NCBI GenBank assembly: GCA_030647965.1
Contig: JAUSIT010000038.1
Span: 1-58,576 of the forward strand
Length of the DNA: 58,576 bases
Origin: Nanobdellota archaeon
Lineage (GTDB): Archaea > Nanobdellota > Nanobdellia > Pacearchaeales > GW2011-AR1
Direction of reading: 5' to 3'
The translations under genes and the position numbers were made by a program. Below are positions 57,977 to 58,576 of this stretch, piece after piece. Numbering within the stretch: the stretch's first letter is position 1; every line of letters begins with the position of its first letter. The notes below the pieces were generated by a model that ran no database searches, was not told the origin of the DNA, and saw nothing but the letters and a program-made list of their open reading frames with translations.

Positions 57977-58576
57977 ATGGTTCATAAGAAATATATTAAA
58001 AGAGGCAATAAGGTTTTTGGTCCGTATTTTTATGAAAATTACAGGGAAAACGGAATTACTAAAACAAGATATTTAGGCACTGCTCTAGAAAATTCTGCTG
58101 ATTCTAAACAAAAAAAATTTAGTTTTAATTTTTTTAAAAAAATCAAAAAAATCATGAATCCTCATTCTTCAAAAAGTTCGTTTGATTTTTTGGATGCTCC
58201 GAAATTAAAACCCTCTCCTAAAGGGGGCAGGATAATTTCGGACATCAGAAAAATAAAGTTGCCGCAATTTCCAGAGTTGCGGGGTAATTTTAGTTTTTTG
58301 TTATTGGCTGTTGTTGTTATGTTAGGACTTTTTTCATACTCCTTTTTTAGTGGTGGGTTAACTGGAAGAGCTATATTTGATTTCTCTTCTAGTTCAAATT
58401 TAAATTTAGAAACTCCTGCAAGTTATAATCTTGGAGATTTAGTTTATGGAAATGTTTCTTTAAAACTGAAAAATGGTGAGTTAATTCCTGCTGATAGTGT
58501 TGTTAGGTTTTCTTTAAACAAGCAACAAAAAGATGTTTTGATTTCTGATTTGATTTCTGCACAAAGTGCAAATGGT
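57977..58576 (+). CDS. Membrane-anchored surface protein, 3'-truncated by window edge
   Basis: MVHKKYIKRGNKVFGPYFYENYRENGITKTRYLG.., TM, LTGRAI motif; open to the end. Confidence 0.8.
   Translation, partial: MVHKKYIKRGNKVFGPYFYENYRENGITKTRYLGTALENSADSKQKKFSFNFFKKIKKIMNPHSSKSSFDFLDAPKLKPSPKGGRIISDIRKIKLPQFPELRGNFSFLLLAVVVMLGLFSYSFFSGGLTGRAIFDFSSSSNLNLETPASYNLGDLVYGNVSLKLKNGELIPADSVVRFSLNKQQKDVLISDLISAQSANG
58142..58245 (-). mobile_element. Family A element inserted in-frame (102 bp)
   Basis: Plus strand AT-CAAAAAAATCA..TGATTTTTTGG-ATGCTCCGAAATTA..TAATTTCGGAC-AT. Confidence 0.85.

Overview
Very AT-rich archaeal chromosome segment, most consistent with a DPANN lineage (Pacearchaeota/Woesearchaeota-like; this assignment is inferred from gene content). 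It opens with a translation/transcription operon (rps13-rps4-rps11-rpoD-tRNA-Leu-rpl18e-rpl13-rps9). An accessory stretch follows: Tat-signal L,D-transpeptidase, orphan hisA, nucleotidyltransferase cassette, radical SAM, HNH genes, XerA with a dif-like site, and an array of small paralogous ORFs. Next come a cluster of coiled-coil/winged-helix genes full of DNA repeats, Lhr helicase plus metallophosphoesterase, tRNA-Ser, a likely oriC (ORB boxes around a 75-nt pure A/T run) before cdc6 and polD DP1-HD-DP2 (intein), then mixed housekeeping genes. The most notable observations are: (1) two convergent winged-helix genes whose low-complexity linkers coincide with DNA sites (TGTTTAAACA repeats in one; ORB-like boxes plus TGTTGG repeats in the other), suggesting an undescribed origin or segregation module; (2) about 15 copies of a modular hairpin element; the intact copies are bounded by AT at both ends, and individual copies disrupt, re-tail or insert in-frame into genes; (3) a second repeat family whose internal 52-bp module sits at different positions in different copies; (4) a PolD intein ending in Arg; (5) a tRNA-Leu with anticodon AAG. 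All calls were made by eye from motifs; no database searches were run.
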